A stretch of DNA of 64,000 bases, taken from Mayamaea pseudoterrestris. Its lineage: Eukaryota. Positions within the stretch are counted from its first letter, which is position 1. The number at the start of each line of letters is the position of its first letter. Location: assembly GCA_027923505.1 (NCBI GenBank), contig BROI01000037.1, positions 124,001-188,000 of the forward strand. Direction: 5' to 3'. Of the stretch, positions 21,572-32,487 are shown in pieces. The position numbers and the translations under genes are program-made. The notes beneath the pieces are model-generated. The model was not told the origin of the DNA. It saw only the letters and a program-made list of their open reading frames with translations, and did not search any database.

Positions 21572-22999
21572 TCACCTTTGCGTTATGAAATCCGTCGCTG
21601 TTGCTCCCGCTGCTGGTAGGGTTGTTGATGGGTCATCAAGTCGCATGTGTTTTCGATTGCAGGCACGTTCACACTCGTGCAAATCTTGCTTTCGCAGCAA
21701 TGCTTGCGTGCACTCCAGTAGACATCCAACCGCGGATACAATTCTTGGACCAAAAGTTTCTGTGCACATGTGCAAACCATCAAAAAAGATATTGTTGATA
21801 GGACATATGTCCGTGTCGTTAAAATTTGTTGTGCTCTGAATTGGGTGCTCGAGGCAGTTGGTGGCGATTGGTCGCGGCCACGGCAGTGGATCGTTTGGAA
21901 TAAGGTCCGCGACAAAGTCAGACCGAGTTGTATCGTAACCAAGGTTGCGAGCGTTCATCATACCAACCTGTGTTATTAGCGTCCCTAACTCGAGTAGTGT
22001 GACGCTAATGGGCATGGCCAATTCTGCATCGATCGTGCGATTTAATTGCCAATCGCTTACGAATGACCGTATCCGACGATTTGCCGCCATCATATCGGTT
22101 GTATCCTCATATTCTTTGACGAGCGGAAGATCCATGAATACAATCGTCTTGACGCCGAAGACCAAGTAAGCTAGCTCGACTGTCTCTTGGAGTGACTCGC
22201 GGGTAATTTCGTTAGGTTGAATCCATATCTGGGGGACGCGAAATATCATGACATCGAACGATCCCAGTGGTGGCAAGCGCATAGAACTGTCTGTTGGAGT
22301 ATTTTCGGTTGTGACATTTGCGCTATTGACGACACTGCTTAGCCATGAAAAGTTTTTCATGCGTTCCGCCATTTCTAGTCGCCAGCCGCCACCTGCCGCC
22401 GGTGGAAGTTTGGCAGTGAGACCGAATTGCTGGAGCATGCCAGTAATGCGCCAGCCTGCAATGGTTCCACCGCCTCGAGCTGGCGAGAGAGTGTTGACAT
22501 CGCGTAAGCACCCTGGCCCGGTGCATCCCAGAATGGCGCGATCATTGGCGGTCAACAACGATTGTGAAGTTGTTAGATCGGTATCATTAATGGATCCAAA
22601 GGCGACACTCTGAAAGAGCACGGAGAGCTGAATTCCTAGCGAGTCGCCCATAACAATTATGTTCATGTTCGTCGCCAGGCGAGGAGTATATGCAGACTTT
22701 AGAGCTTCCTGCAAGTCTGAAGGGAATGGAAGTCGTTGCTCGTCGCCACATCTATACTCCTCCAATGGATTAGCTTGATAGTACAGCTGTTCCGGTGGAT
22801 TCGGAGTCAGTTCTACATGAAAGTACTTGCTCGCGTGCTGTGCTTGTTCCTCATTATCGTCGACAGCTAAAGTCCTTGGCTTGGAGGAGAGATCGTTTTC
22901 AGCTTGGAAATCCGGGAATGACGTAAACGACAGCAAATGGGTTGTCGATAGAGCCAGCACCGCAAGAGCAAAGCTCCGGATAGAGATCACCCACAACAT
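21572..22999 (-). CDS. Type II membrane SGNH/PC-esterase (TBL-like O-acyltransferase/esterase)
   Basis: N-terminal TM; IIVMGDSLG (GDS motif) and C-terminal FFDGLHMC (DxxH). Confidence 0.65.
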   Translation of the reverse strand: MLWVISIRSFALAVLALSTTHLLSFTSFPDFQAENDLSSKPRTLAVDDNEEQAQHASKYFHVELTPNPPEQLYYQANPLEEYRCGDEQRLPFPSDLQEALKSAYTPRLATNMNIIVMGDSLGIQLSVLFQSVAFGSINDTDLTTSQSLLTANDRAILGCTGPGCLRDVNTLSPARGGGTIAGWRITGMLQQFGLTAKLPPAAGGGWRLEMAERMKNFSWLSSVVNSANVTTENTPTDSSMRLPPLGSFDVMIFRVPQIWIQPNEITRESLQETVELAYLVFGVKTIVFMDLPLVKEYEDTTDMMAANRRIRSFVSDWQLNRTIDAELAMPISVTLLELGTLITQVGMMNARNLGYDTTRSDFVADLIPNDPLPWPRPIATNCLEHPIQSTTNFNDTDICPINNIFFDGLHMCTETFGPRIVSAVGCLLECTQALLRKQDLHECERACNRKHMRLDDPSTTLPAAGATATDFITQR

Positions 23000-23393
23000 T
23001 TTCTTGTCGTGGATAACTGTATCGTCGAATGCTACAAAGTGTGACTTGACTTGAGAAACAATGCATGGGAGGAGAACTGGTTCATTTGATCACTGACGAG
23101 GTCAAGTCTCGCAAGTGAAATTTACATGTAATTACTTTTCATGAGGACATACGATAAGGCACGACCAGAGGGTTAATTATCGCTTTCCCAAAGAACAGCT
23201 CGATTCGTCAGATAGGGTGTCAAAAGAACAGCTCGGAGTCGATCATGGCGCAGTTGCGCTTCACCATTGTGATATGTGAGTCGTACCGGTATTGACAGCA
23301 TGTCGCTGCGGGACGAAAAGACGAATCAATGCGCATTGCATGCATATATCGTTCCTTGGCTGCTCGACTTGTCTCTGTTGCGGGGGAACGACA

Positions 23394-25001
23394 ATGATCC
23401 CCAGACGATTATTTTCGGGGAGAGAAGTGACGACAAGGTCAATTTGTCATTGGTCCAAAGCGCTTTGCGCGTCGCAATCGCGACAATGGTCCACCATCAC
23501 TGCACTCGACAAGCATGCGCACATGATGCAGTCAGCGCGAGCAAAAGCAAATTTTTTACGTCGGTGTATTGTGACAGAGATGGACAAGAAAGTGGCTGAG
23601 GGAATGCTGCGTGAAGATTTTGCGCAGAAGGCTGTTGCCAGGAGACTGCAACGCCTGCAAAAAGCTTTGGAGGATTACGACAACCAACATTTCATTCAAT
23701 TATTGGAGGAACGAGCAGAAAGCGAGCACCACAGATTGCGGTCGACGGAGCAATCGAAGTCGAAACACGAAGTAAAATCTGTGAATGCACGAGACAAAGA
23801 ATCAAAGTCGTTGTGCAGTTTAAATGTGCACGACGCCTCTTTGTCATCATGCACCACCCCACGACCGACGATTCCACGCGGATTGTATATTTACGGACCA
23901 GTTGGAACAGGCAAGTCCATGCTCATGAATTTGTTCTTCGCCAGTGCGACTAGTGTTACCAAGAAGCGGCGCTATCATTTTCACGAGTTCATGTGCATGG
24001 TGCACCAGCGCATCCATTCGTTGAAGCACGATTCGTTACGAAAGGACGAGCGCAACTTTACCATTGACACTGCCATTCAAAACAATCCAGTATACCAAGT
24101 TGGCATTCAAATGTCGCGTGAAATATCCTTATTGTGTCTTGATGAGTTCCAAGTCACGGATATTGCAGACGCCTTGATGTTACGAATGCTCTTTTCCGTC
24201 CTTTGGGCCAGAGGAACCGTAGTAGTAGCCACCTCGAATCGGCCTCCACGCGATTTGTATCAAGGCGGTATAAATTTTGGATACTTTGAGCCTTTCATTG
24301 GGCTTTTGGAGAAGCATTGCATTGTTTGTTCAATGGAAAGTGACGTTGATTACCGACGACTTGGTTTGAAAGGTGACGAAAGTTCGTTTATCTACCTGTC
24401 GCAAAATGAAATACACCATAAGCAGGAACAAGTAAATCATGCCATAAACGACATGGTGACAATCTGTCGAGCCGACGCAAACGTTGTGTACGATATGGAG
24501 TTTCCACTAGGGCACAATCGGTGCCTCATCGTTCCGGACGCCGACGACAGAGGCAAGGTCGCTCGGTTCGATTTCAAGACGCTCTGCCAGACTGAACTTG
24601 GTGCGGCCGACTTTCGGAAACTTGCGCAGGCTTTTGATGTGGTTGTGATTGAGCAGATTCCAGTACTGACGCTTGCTAATCATGATGCAGCAAGACGATT
24701 TATTACACTCATTGACGAGATGTATGAGCATCAGACTGGGCTAATTTGCTCGGCAGCTGCGCCGACACCCGATTCTTTGTTTGTCTACTCTTTTTCCGAC
24801 ACGTCCAGCGCAGAGAATGGTAGTGACGATGAAGTCAGTACGCCCGAAGGATGGATTGATCAAGCCACTCGCGGCGGACAAGCGGTCGGTGCACTGGCAA
24901 GCGTACGAGAGTTAGGCTTTGCGTTTCAACGAGCAGCTAGTCGAATGCAAGAAATGACATCGCAAGCATGGTGGACAAATACAGTCAGATATACCAATTA
25001 G
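23394..25001 (+). CDS. AFG1: AFG1/LACE1 (ZapE-like) mitochondrial ATPase
   Basis: PRGLYIYGPVGTGKSMLM, RYHFHEFM, LLCLDEFQVTDIADA, ATSNRPP, ARRFITLIDEMYE, FAFQRAASRMQEM. Confidence 0.93.
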   Translation: MIPRRLFSGREVTTRSICHWSKALCASQSRQWSTITALDKHAHMMQSARAKANFLRRCIVTEMDKKVAEGMLREDFAQKAVARRLQRLQKALEDYDNQHFIQLLEERAESEHHRLRSTEQSKSKHEVKSVNARDKESKSLCSLNVHDASLSSCTTPRPTIPRGLYIYGPVGTGKSMLMNLFFASATSVTKKRRYHFHEFMCMVHQRIHSLKHDSLRKDERNFTIDTAIQNNPVYQVGIQMSREISLLCLDEFQVTDIADALMLRMLFSVLWARGTVVVATSNRPPRDLYQGGINFGYFEPFIGLLEKHCIVCSMESDVDYRRLGLKGDESSFIYLSQNEIHHKQEQVNHAINDMVTICRADANVVYDMEFPLGHNRCLIVPDADDRGKVARFDFKTLCQTELGAADFRKLAQAFDVVVIEQIPVLTLANHDAARRFITLIDEMYEHQTGLICSAAAPTPDSLFVYSFSDTSSAENGSDDEVSTPEGWIDQATRGGQAVGALASVRELGFAFQRAASRMQEMTSQAWWTNTVRYTN

Positions 25002-25724
25002 TACAGAAGTATATTCGACCAACACATATGTACAATTACGATTAGCTACATTTTACATCAACTGTCGAATCATTGCTTCTCAGACTCATTATTTAAATTC
25101 CGCACCCAGGAAAATTTTGCGGCGGACTTGAATGCTTGTTTGTTCACTCTTTCTTTCTATGCATACCGATAGGGTCTGTACTGATCAACTACTCTTTCTA
25201 TGCTCGTCCCTGTCCTTGCTAATTGGGAATTTCTTTGAATTGTGCGCTAGTAGCAATATAGATTTATTTGTCGACGTGACTATGCCAAAGCGCTCGCGGA
25301 TCAATATTCTACTAGTGCGACAAGTAGAGAGCATGAGGCTCCTCCACGTGCCATTCACTCCATTCATACTTGAATTTAGACGGCAATTTGCCTCGTATAA
25401 CTTGTCCGCAATGTTGTGAATGAGTCTCGCGAGGCCGATCGCCAAAAGAGATCGCACCGGTACTCCAGGGGTGCGTATTTCCACGAACGTTTCACCATGG
25501 AAACGACGTACATATTATGACGGCATCCACGCTAGTCATACAGCTGAATCTGTCTCGCGGTGAAAGCACAGCTCACTCTATCCGGCTATAGTTGAATCTG
25601 ATCACTTTCGAGTCGCTCAGCTGCAATTGTATTCCACTTATCAACCTCTTCGCACATCAAGCAACAAGCAATCGATCATTGCTTCATCGCGGTTTTGCCA
25701 ATTAAGCAACAAAAGTCATCAAAC

Positions 25725-27889
25725 ATGTCAACCAACAAAAAGAGTAAGACTAGCATGGGCGAAATTCAACGTCAAAAGAGTCCAGCCGAGTTTTTCGCCG
25801 AGAATCAAGCCATTGCCGGTTTTGACAATTTCGGCAAGGCCCTCTACACGTCCGTGCGCGAGCTGGTGGAGAATGGGTTGGACGCGTGCGAATCCATTGG
25901 CGAGCTTCCAAACATTTCCTTGCATATCACAGAATATACGCAGCAGGAATTTAACAAAATTGCCGGAATTGGAGATTCGCCGCGAAAGAATCAGCGAGAT
26001 ACGGAACTTTTTGAGACCAAGGCATCGAAGAGTCGCAGCAAAAAGAGTCTCGATGCAGCAGATGAACTTGAGTTTCAGGCAGACGGAGTCGGCAAAGAAG
26101 ATGATGAAAAGGCGAAAAAGAAGCCGCGGCGAGGAGCAGATGCCTACTTCCAGTTGACGGTCCGCGACTCTGGCTGCGGCATGGCCCACGACGCCATTCC
26201 CAATCTCTTTGGTCGCGTCCTTTCAGGCAGCAAGTACGGCGTGCGGCAAACCCGAGGCAAGTTTGGTTTGGGCGCAAAAATGGCCTTGATTTGGGCCCGG
26301 AAGAGTTCAGGGCAACCAATTCGCATAAGGACGGCGCACCGGCCGAATGGAGGCAAGCCATCATCGTATGTGAGTTCATGCGTGCTTGACATTGACATTT
26401 ACAAAAATGAACCCAAAATTATTGAACATAGCAAAAAGACAAATACACAAAGTTGGACTGGAACGGAAGTGTCGATTCTCATTGCTGGAAACTGGACCAC
26501 GTACAAGTCACGAATAGTTCAATATTTTCAACAGCTTGCCATTATTACTCCGTACGCAAATTTGACCATGGTTTATGACAATCACTCGGACCCCAAGCGC
26601 TCGATGAGGCTTCAATATGATCGCAGATCCGAACAAATGCCTGAACCGGCCAAGGAAGTCAAGCATCATCCAAGCTCGGTAAACAATCTGGTTGTGCAGC
26701 AATTAGTTCGCTTTACCAAAACCAAGACGCTAATCAAGTTCTTGACCACGGAACTATCCTGTGTTAGTCCATCCATAGCGAAGCGCTTGATTGATGAACT
26801 GGGAAAAGACTATGATCAAGACATGCATCCGAACGAGTTGACTGATAAGCAGGTGACAAGGCTGGTGCAGTTGCTACGACAAGTCCAGCTCTTTAGACCA
26901 CCGGATGGATCCTGCCTCAGTCCACTGGGCGAGTACAATTTGAGTTTAGGCATTCAAAAGGTGCTTGAACCGGATCTGATTGCGACGGCGCGCGACAAGG
27001 TGAGTGTGACAGATTGTGTGGCTGATGAAGCAACTGTCTGTGGCTAAATTTATTCGCTAACACACTATCGTGCATGCACTGCAAATCTTAGCCCTCCGCA
27101 TTTGAAGGGCATCCATTCATCATCGAAGCAGCTGTTAGCTTGGGCGGAAAGGATGCCAAGGAAGGCATTTCCGTTGTTCGTTTTGCAAATCGCATTCCAC
27201 TTTTGTTTGAGGGCGGCGCTGACGTTTCGTCGCGGGTTGCCACGTCCAAAATCCGATGGGCGAACTACAAAGTTGATCACAAGAGGGACAAGATTGGAGT
27301 TTTCGTGAGCATTGTGTCAACCAAGATTCCTTTTAAAGGAACGTCCAAAGAATACATTGGCGATGATGCCACAGAAATACAGCTGTCCGTCAAGCGCGCA
27401 ATTCAGTCATGTTGCCAGCAGCTGCGCGTGCGGCTAGCAAAGCGGAATGCTTTAAAGGATGCCAAGGAGAGGAAGAATCGTTTGACAAAGTACGTTCCGG
27501 ATATTGGGCGCTCACTGTTTGGTATTCTGGATCAGATGAAGACGCGACATGCGGAAACAAATCTTCTACCTCCATCACCAACGAAACGATTACGGGTTGA
27601 TCCAACGGCCGCAGCGCACATGATTCGCTCTTTACAAAAGGGTGATGTGACGGAAGCGGTCATTAAAGCGAGACTGGAAGCTGCCATTGACAATCACATT
27701 GAAACGGAGGAGACTGTGGCAGCTGCGGCGGCAAATGGAAACATCGACAAGCACCTAGAAGGCGTTCCAATCTTCATTGTGCCACTTTACAATCTAGATG
27801 ACTCCAAAAATGATATCGTCGGCTCGCTGTTCACCTTTCGCCCGCTGTGTCCCATTCGCGTTGTTGCAATGAATACGGCGAGTAATTGA
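25725..27889 (+). CDS. TOP6B: DNA topoisomerase VI subunit B; intron 27000-27091
   Basis: SPAEFFAENQAIAGFDN, RELVENGLDA, DSGCGM, QTRGKFGLGAK, EVKHHP; spliced ..RDK|PSAFEGHPF; RFANRIPLLFEGGADV, STKIPFKGTSKEYI. Confidence 0.95.
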
Positions 27890-28185
27890 TTTTGGAGAGA
27901 ACGCCATGAATGTTCGTGTCACCAGACGAATTCTCTGCGTGTGTCGTATAACACTTAATCTACAGCGCTCGCATTCATCACTAGTATGTGGTAATGATAT
28001 GGACGTGCCTTGAAAGAAAGTGATTTGTAAGACCGTCTCGCGATTATCTTTTTTTAAGGTGGCTACTTGTACTTAAGCGTAAGCATCAGCAACGTGCCTA
28101 CGCAATGGTAATGTAAGCCAGAGGATTCCAAGCTACTTTCAGATATGGTAAAAATGACTCAGTTTTGCTGCTACATTTCTGCAAA

Positions 28186-28680
28186 TTAATTGCATGGTGC
28201 GATACATCGACACGCTGTCTGCTGTCTGGGTCGGTCATCATGCATTTCTCCCCAAAGTCTGGCAAGCCCCTGCAGCAGCCCATCTTTCGCCAAAGCATCG
28301 ACCGAAACGTGGCTTTCATCATCGTAATTACTTTCTCTTCGTTTGCTGCTCTGTTTGACAGGTGCTTTTCCGTTCGACGTCACTTCGTTTCTGGCTGCAG
28401 AAGTATCATGACAACTGGCACCATCTGATGAAACGTGTTGTTCATCGCCCGAGCAGCAGCTCGTCGGACTCATCAGCATTGAACAGCCATGGTCTTCAGC
28501 GTACTCTTGCTGACATTGTTCCGATACTTCATTGTCGTCGCTTGCATCATTGGCTAATTGTGCAGCAGCATCCTTTGGCGACTGCCTTGTGCCTGCTGCA
28601 GCAATTGCAGCCAAATGTTGCTGCTCCCGATGCTGCTTCCAAAAGCGATAGCCGACAATTCCAACCGGTACAAGAAACAT
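28186..28680 (-). CDS. Hypothetical small protein with N-terminal hydrophobic segment (a short upstream exon is possible)
   Basis: 164-aa ORF with TM-like start followed by basic residues; no recognisable domain. Confidence 0.4.
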   Translation of the reverse strand: MFLVPVGIVGYRFWKQHREQQHLAAIAAAGTRQSPKDAAAQLANDASDDNEVSEQCQQEYAEDHGCSMLMSPTSCCSGDEQHVSSDGASCHDTSAARNEVTSNGKAPVKQSSKRRESNYDDESHVSVDALAKDGLLQGLARLWGEMHDDRPRQQTACRCIAPCN

Positions 28681-29011
28681 GATTAACTAGTCAAGCTGAG
28701 TAATAGTGTTACCAGATTGTAGAGTAAAGTCTCTTGGCATGATGAGTCTCGACATCATGTTTGTGTTAGATCGCGTGGATTTTGTGTCGGAGGGAGCGTT
28801 GAAACGTCAACGAGCGTGCCGGGCCTAGCCCCCGGGGGTGACCCCTTCAGCAGACGAATGAACGACGCGACGAATTGCACCACACAAATCACCATGGCAA
28901 TCCACTGTTCGAACATTCCAGATCAGCCTTCGCAATCAATTCTGAAAGAAATCAAATTACATAACAACGCAAAAGTTTGTCAGCTCTTGAACATTCCGCT
29001 CTACCAGTATC

Positions 29012-30253
29012 ATGTCGAGCAGCCGCACCTTTCTCCGTGTCCGTCGCCAGCGATCCGCCGCTTCGGCCGACGCCATTTACCTACAAAACATTCAGACGAA
29101 TGGAGGAATTGAATTGAACAAAATTGGAAACAATAGAGTTGCCGTTTGGAGAAAAATCGATGAAGCGGAGCACGAGCGCGAGAATTCGCGCAAACGAAAC
29201 TACCGCGTGCTCGATGCCGTGCTGGAAGATGACTATGTTTCTGCCGTCGCGACAGACAATGACATACTTCTTGACAGCATGAATTATTCCGCCAGGAAGC
29301 GACGAAAACTGACTCTGCTGCCATGCATGACGATTAGCAACTTTGTGACGCGCAAGTCCCAGTCGCCGCGCAAGCAACTTGCGATTCGCATTCTTCACCC
29401 GACGGAACGACTGGTGGACGACTCACTGCAGCAAGTCTTTCAAGGCGTCACGTCTGCATTGGAACACTATCGACTAATTACACAAGATTCCAGACTGGCA
29501 AACGAAGCAACGAAATGGCTCGCTTGGCGAAACAGTAGCGGCAGTTTGCTGCATGCGTGTGCGCTTTGGAACGAACATGACATTTTGCACGACGTGCTGC
29601 GCACGCTACTGCGGGACTCGAATACGCAATCAGCAGCAGCAGCAAATACTTGTCATGCCGCGTATGCTAGTATGATATTGGACAGTCTCGATGCCGATGG
29701 CCGCTCGCCGTATCAACTGGCGCAACTCTCTGGCCATGCGCAAGTTTGCGAACTGCTGGAGGCTTACGGAGCCGGCGACTATTTGGTCGACTTGTATGCG
29801 CTAGACGACGAGGAAATGGTGGACGCAAATAAGCACTTTTTGGAACATGACGCAAGTGCGAACGAATTTAGTGCAGCAACAGATGTCCCGTACATTTCCT
29901 GCGATTTACATGGCGGCGTTGGCTACTGGGACGATCACGGTCAATTAATCTTGGAGCATGCTCCACCTAAAACGGCGAGCAGCGAATCGCTTCACGATGA
30001 AGAAAGCGTCGACTCGAACCACGAAGATTGGGAGGGAAATGACTATCCGGACTACGAATTCGACAATGATTATGATCATGGAGAAAACAGCGAAGGCGCT
30101 GACAATGAGTACTTGACGGACATTGTTCAAAACGACGAAGACACTCAACAATTTGGCTCTTATGCGGCAGTCATGGATCCGTCGGGGGACTTTGACGCGG
30201 CATATGGAATTTATGGGCAGGGTGATACGGAGGAATATGACAATGAAGTGTAA
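29012..30253 (+). CDS. Iwr1/SLC7A6OS(DMS4)-like RNA polymerase II import factor with internal ankyrin-like repeats
   Basis: N-terminal FLRVRRQR; GDYLVDLY; acidic DEESVDSNHEDWEGNDYPD (Iwr1 'DSN.E....NDYPD'); ankyrin-like SLLHACALWN and DADGRSPYQLAQLSGHAQVCELLEAYGA. Confidence 0.65.
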   Translation: MSSSRTFLRVRRQRSAASADAIYLQNIQTNGGIELNKIGNNRVAVWRKIDEAEHERENSRKRNYRVLDAVLEDDYVSAVATDNDILLDSMNYSARKRRKLTLLPCMTISNFVTRKSQSPRKQLAIRILHPTERLVDDSLQQVFQGVTSALEHYRLITQDSRLANEATKWLAWRNSSGSLLHACALWNEHDILHDVLRTLLRDSNTQSAAAANTCHAAYASMILDSLDADGRSPYQLAQLSGHAQVCELLEAYGAGDYLVDLYALDDEEMVDANKHFLEHDASANEFSAATDVPYISCDLHGGVGYWDDHGQLILEHAPPKTASSESLHDEESVDSNHEDWEGNDYPDYEFDNDYDHGENSEGADNEYLTDIVQNDEDTQQFGSYAAVMDPSGDFDAAYGIYGQGDTEEYDNEV

Positions 30254-30712
30254 CATTTGACCTTGCAACCTACACTTGATCTCTCTTCAGATGCATCAAA
30301 TTCATAACTTTTTGCTTGCTTTCGAGCTTCCATATCAATATTACATTCGCCAGCCTAATAAATAAGATTTGTACTGTAGTTATTTGGTTTGAAATTATTT
30401 GTTACAGTAATTGATTTTGTTCATCGAAAATCACAGTCAAGACAGTGAAAGCTAGACATAACTGCTGCGACATCACCAGCAGGAACGCATGATAGTCACC
30501 ATGACGAAAAGGGCCAGAGGCGTGACGGCTTGTCTGAATCAGTACCAAACTCTTCGGACCTTGGTTAACGTAATCATTCATGACTTGTGAATTTAAAAGT
30601 TGTTTGTTGACTTTGAGTCCTTGACTCGCTCTAGCCCCCACGTACAACCGCTCATTTGGTACATCAAAGATACACGACGCAGCAACTAACAGTAACAATC
30701 TCCACTTAAATC

Positions 30713-31792
30713 ATGCAAGCCGCTCTGTACCATGAGTTCAACGGCCCCATTGGCATAGAAACAGTCGACATACCTTCCGTACCAGTGGACGGCGTCTTGC
30801 TGCAGGTCAGGGCAACGGGCGTTTGCCGGAGCGACTGGCACGGATGGAAGGGACACGATGCCGACGTTCGTAAGCATGGCTTACCCTTTTGTCCCGGACA
30901 TGAAGTGAGCGGCATTGTTGCCAAAGTTGGAAGAGACTGTAGAAAATTTAAAGTAGGCGATCGCGTTGCAGTGCCATTCATTTTGAGCTGCGGATCCTGC
31001 GAATATTGCGACGAACATCGACCGACGGTATGCATTCACCAGGAGCAACCAGGATTCACGCGCCACGGAAGCTTCGCCGAGTACTTGGCACTGCCGCGCG
31101 CCGATCGCAACTTGCGCCTACTGCCTTGGAACGTTTCCTTCGTGCAAGCTGCCGCGCTGGGATGTCGCTTCACGACGGCGCATCGCGCCGTCATGCAGCA
31201 GGGTAAATGCAACACCAATACGAGCAGCGTTTGCATCTTTGGTGGCGGTGGACTTGGGTTGAGTTGCGTCATGGTGGCGGCTGCCATGAATGTGACACAA
31301 ATAATTGCCGTCGATGTAAGTCAAGCTGCACTCACCAAGTCCATGGAGCTGGGAGCGACGCATACCGTCTTGGCTGACGACGGAGTCATTGATGAAATCA
31401 TGCGAATGACAAACCATCAAGGCGCACCATTGACCATTGACGCTGCCGGGTTTGCAAGCACCTGCGAAAGTGCCATTCTCTGCACCCGGCGAGGTGGTCG
31501 AATGGTGCAAGTCGGACTGCCAATTGGACATGCACCGCCACAAATTCCCATGGGTTTGGTCGTTGGTCGCGAAATAGAAATTGTCGGCTCTCACGGAGCG
31601 TCAGCCGACACGGTGGGTGAACTGCTACAGCTGGTGGCTTCTGGCAAGCTTGATCCGAGTCGCGTTGTCGAGCGTCAAGTTAGTTTGGAGGAAGGGATTC
31701 AAGTGCTGCAAAGCATGGACAAGGCGAGCCCACTCGGCATGACGATGATTACATCGTTTACTTGTGAAAGGAGCAACACTAGTCGACTATGA
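30713..31792 (+). CDS. Zn-dependent (MDR) alcohol dehydrogenase
   Basis: GVCRSDWH, PGHEVSG, structural Zn CGSCEYC.......C, LGCRFTTA, FGGGGLG. Confidence 0.93.
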   Translation: MQAALYHEFNGPIGIETVDIPSVPVDGVLLQVRATGVCRSDWHGWKGHDADVRKHGLPFCPGHEVSGIVAKVGRDCRKFKVGDRVAVPFILSCGSCEYCDEHRPTVCIHQEQPGFTRHGSFAEYLALPRADRNLRLLPWNVSFVQAAALGCRFTTAHRAVMQQGKCNTNTSSVCIFGGGGLGLSCVMVAAAMNVTQIIAVDVSQAALTKSMELGATHTVLADDGVIDEIMRMTNHQGAPLTIDAAGFASTCESAILCTRRGGRMVQVGLPIGHAPPQIPMGLVVGREIEIVGSHGASADTVGELLQLVASGKLDPSRVVERQVSLEEGIQVLQSMDKASPLGMTMITSFTCERSNTSRL

Positions 31793-32487
31793 AATGCAGC
31801 TGGGCTGTGAGTTTGTGAGTTGATAATATTGGGCTTCGCATGGGCATACGCCGTGGCCACATGAATACAACCGAGGTCGCTGCATGGCCAAACCCATGCT
31901 TATCAAGCAGCAATTTCGATGACGTCTCTTAGCCATCATACTGATCCCGCTTGCTATCGGAGTGCGCGAGGAGATGAAATTTGCTGGAGCGGGCGCCAAT
32001 GTTCCAGTGTCTGGTGCACTTGTTGGGTTGTTATGGTAACGTTCCAGGACTTATACTGTATTGAAAAGTCTACGACTTTGCGAATATAAACGCTCACTTG
32101 CTTCACTCGCATCTTGGTTTGCTAGCTTAATTAATAGTAAAGACAGTGCCATAAGTTCTATATGGAAGGCTTCGTAGCAGAGCTGATGTGTCATAAGCAA
32201 CCTCCGTGCAGTAGTGGTTGGTGTTGGCAGCCGTAACCTGAAGGGAGCATCCACGATGATGCCTTTGTACTACGTTTCACCCTCGTCCAAAGATATCAGA
32301 GGCAGCATCGCATGATCTTAATACGTACGGCAACAGGCACGCTGTTTTGTTGTTTCTGCGACAACATGTCTCCAGTGTCACGAGGACAGACGTCATCAAC
32401 TTGTCACTACCATGGCAAAGTACCTTTGCAATATCAGCAGTCAATCAGTAAACTATCCGAACCGAGCAAGGGTCTCCCTAGCGATTT

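Noticed and set aside
25002..25724. Possible small gene or ncRNA in this intergenic gap (also 31800-32480)
   Set aside because: No recognisable motifs, tRNA cloverleaf or snoRNA boxes could be supported.
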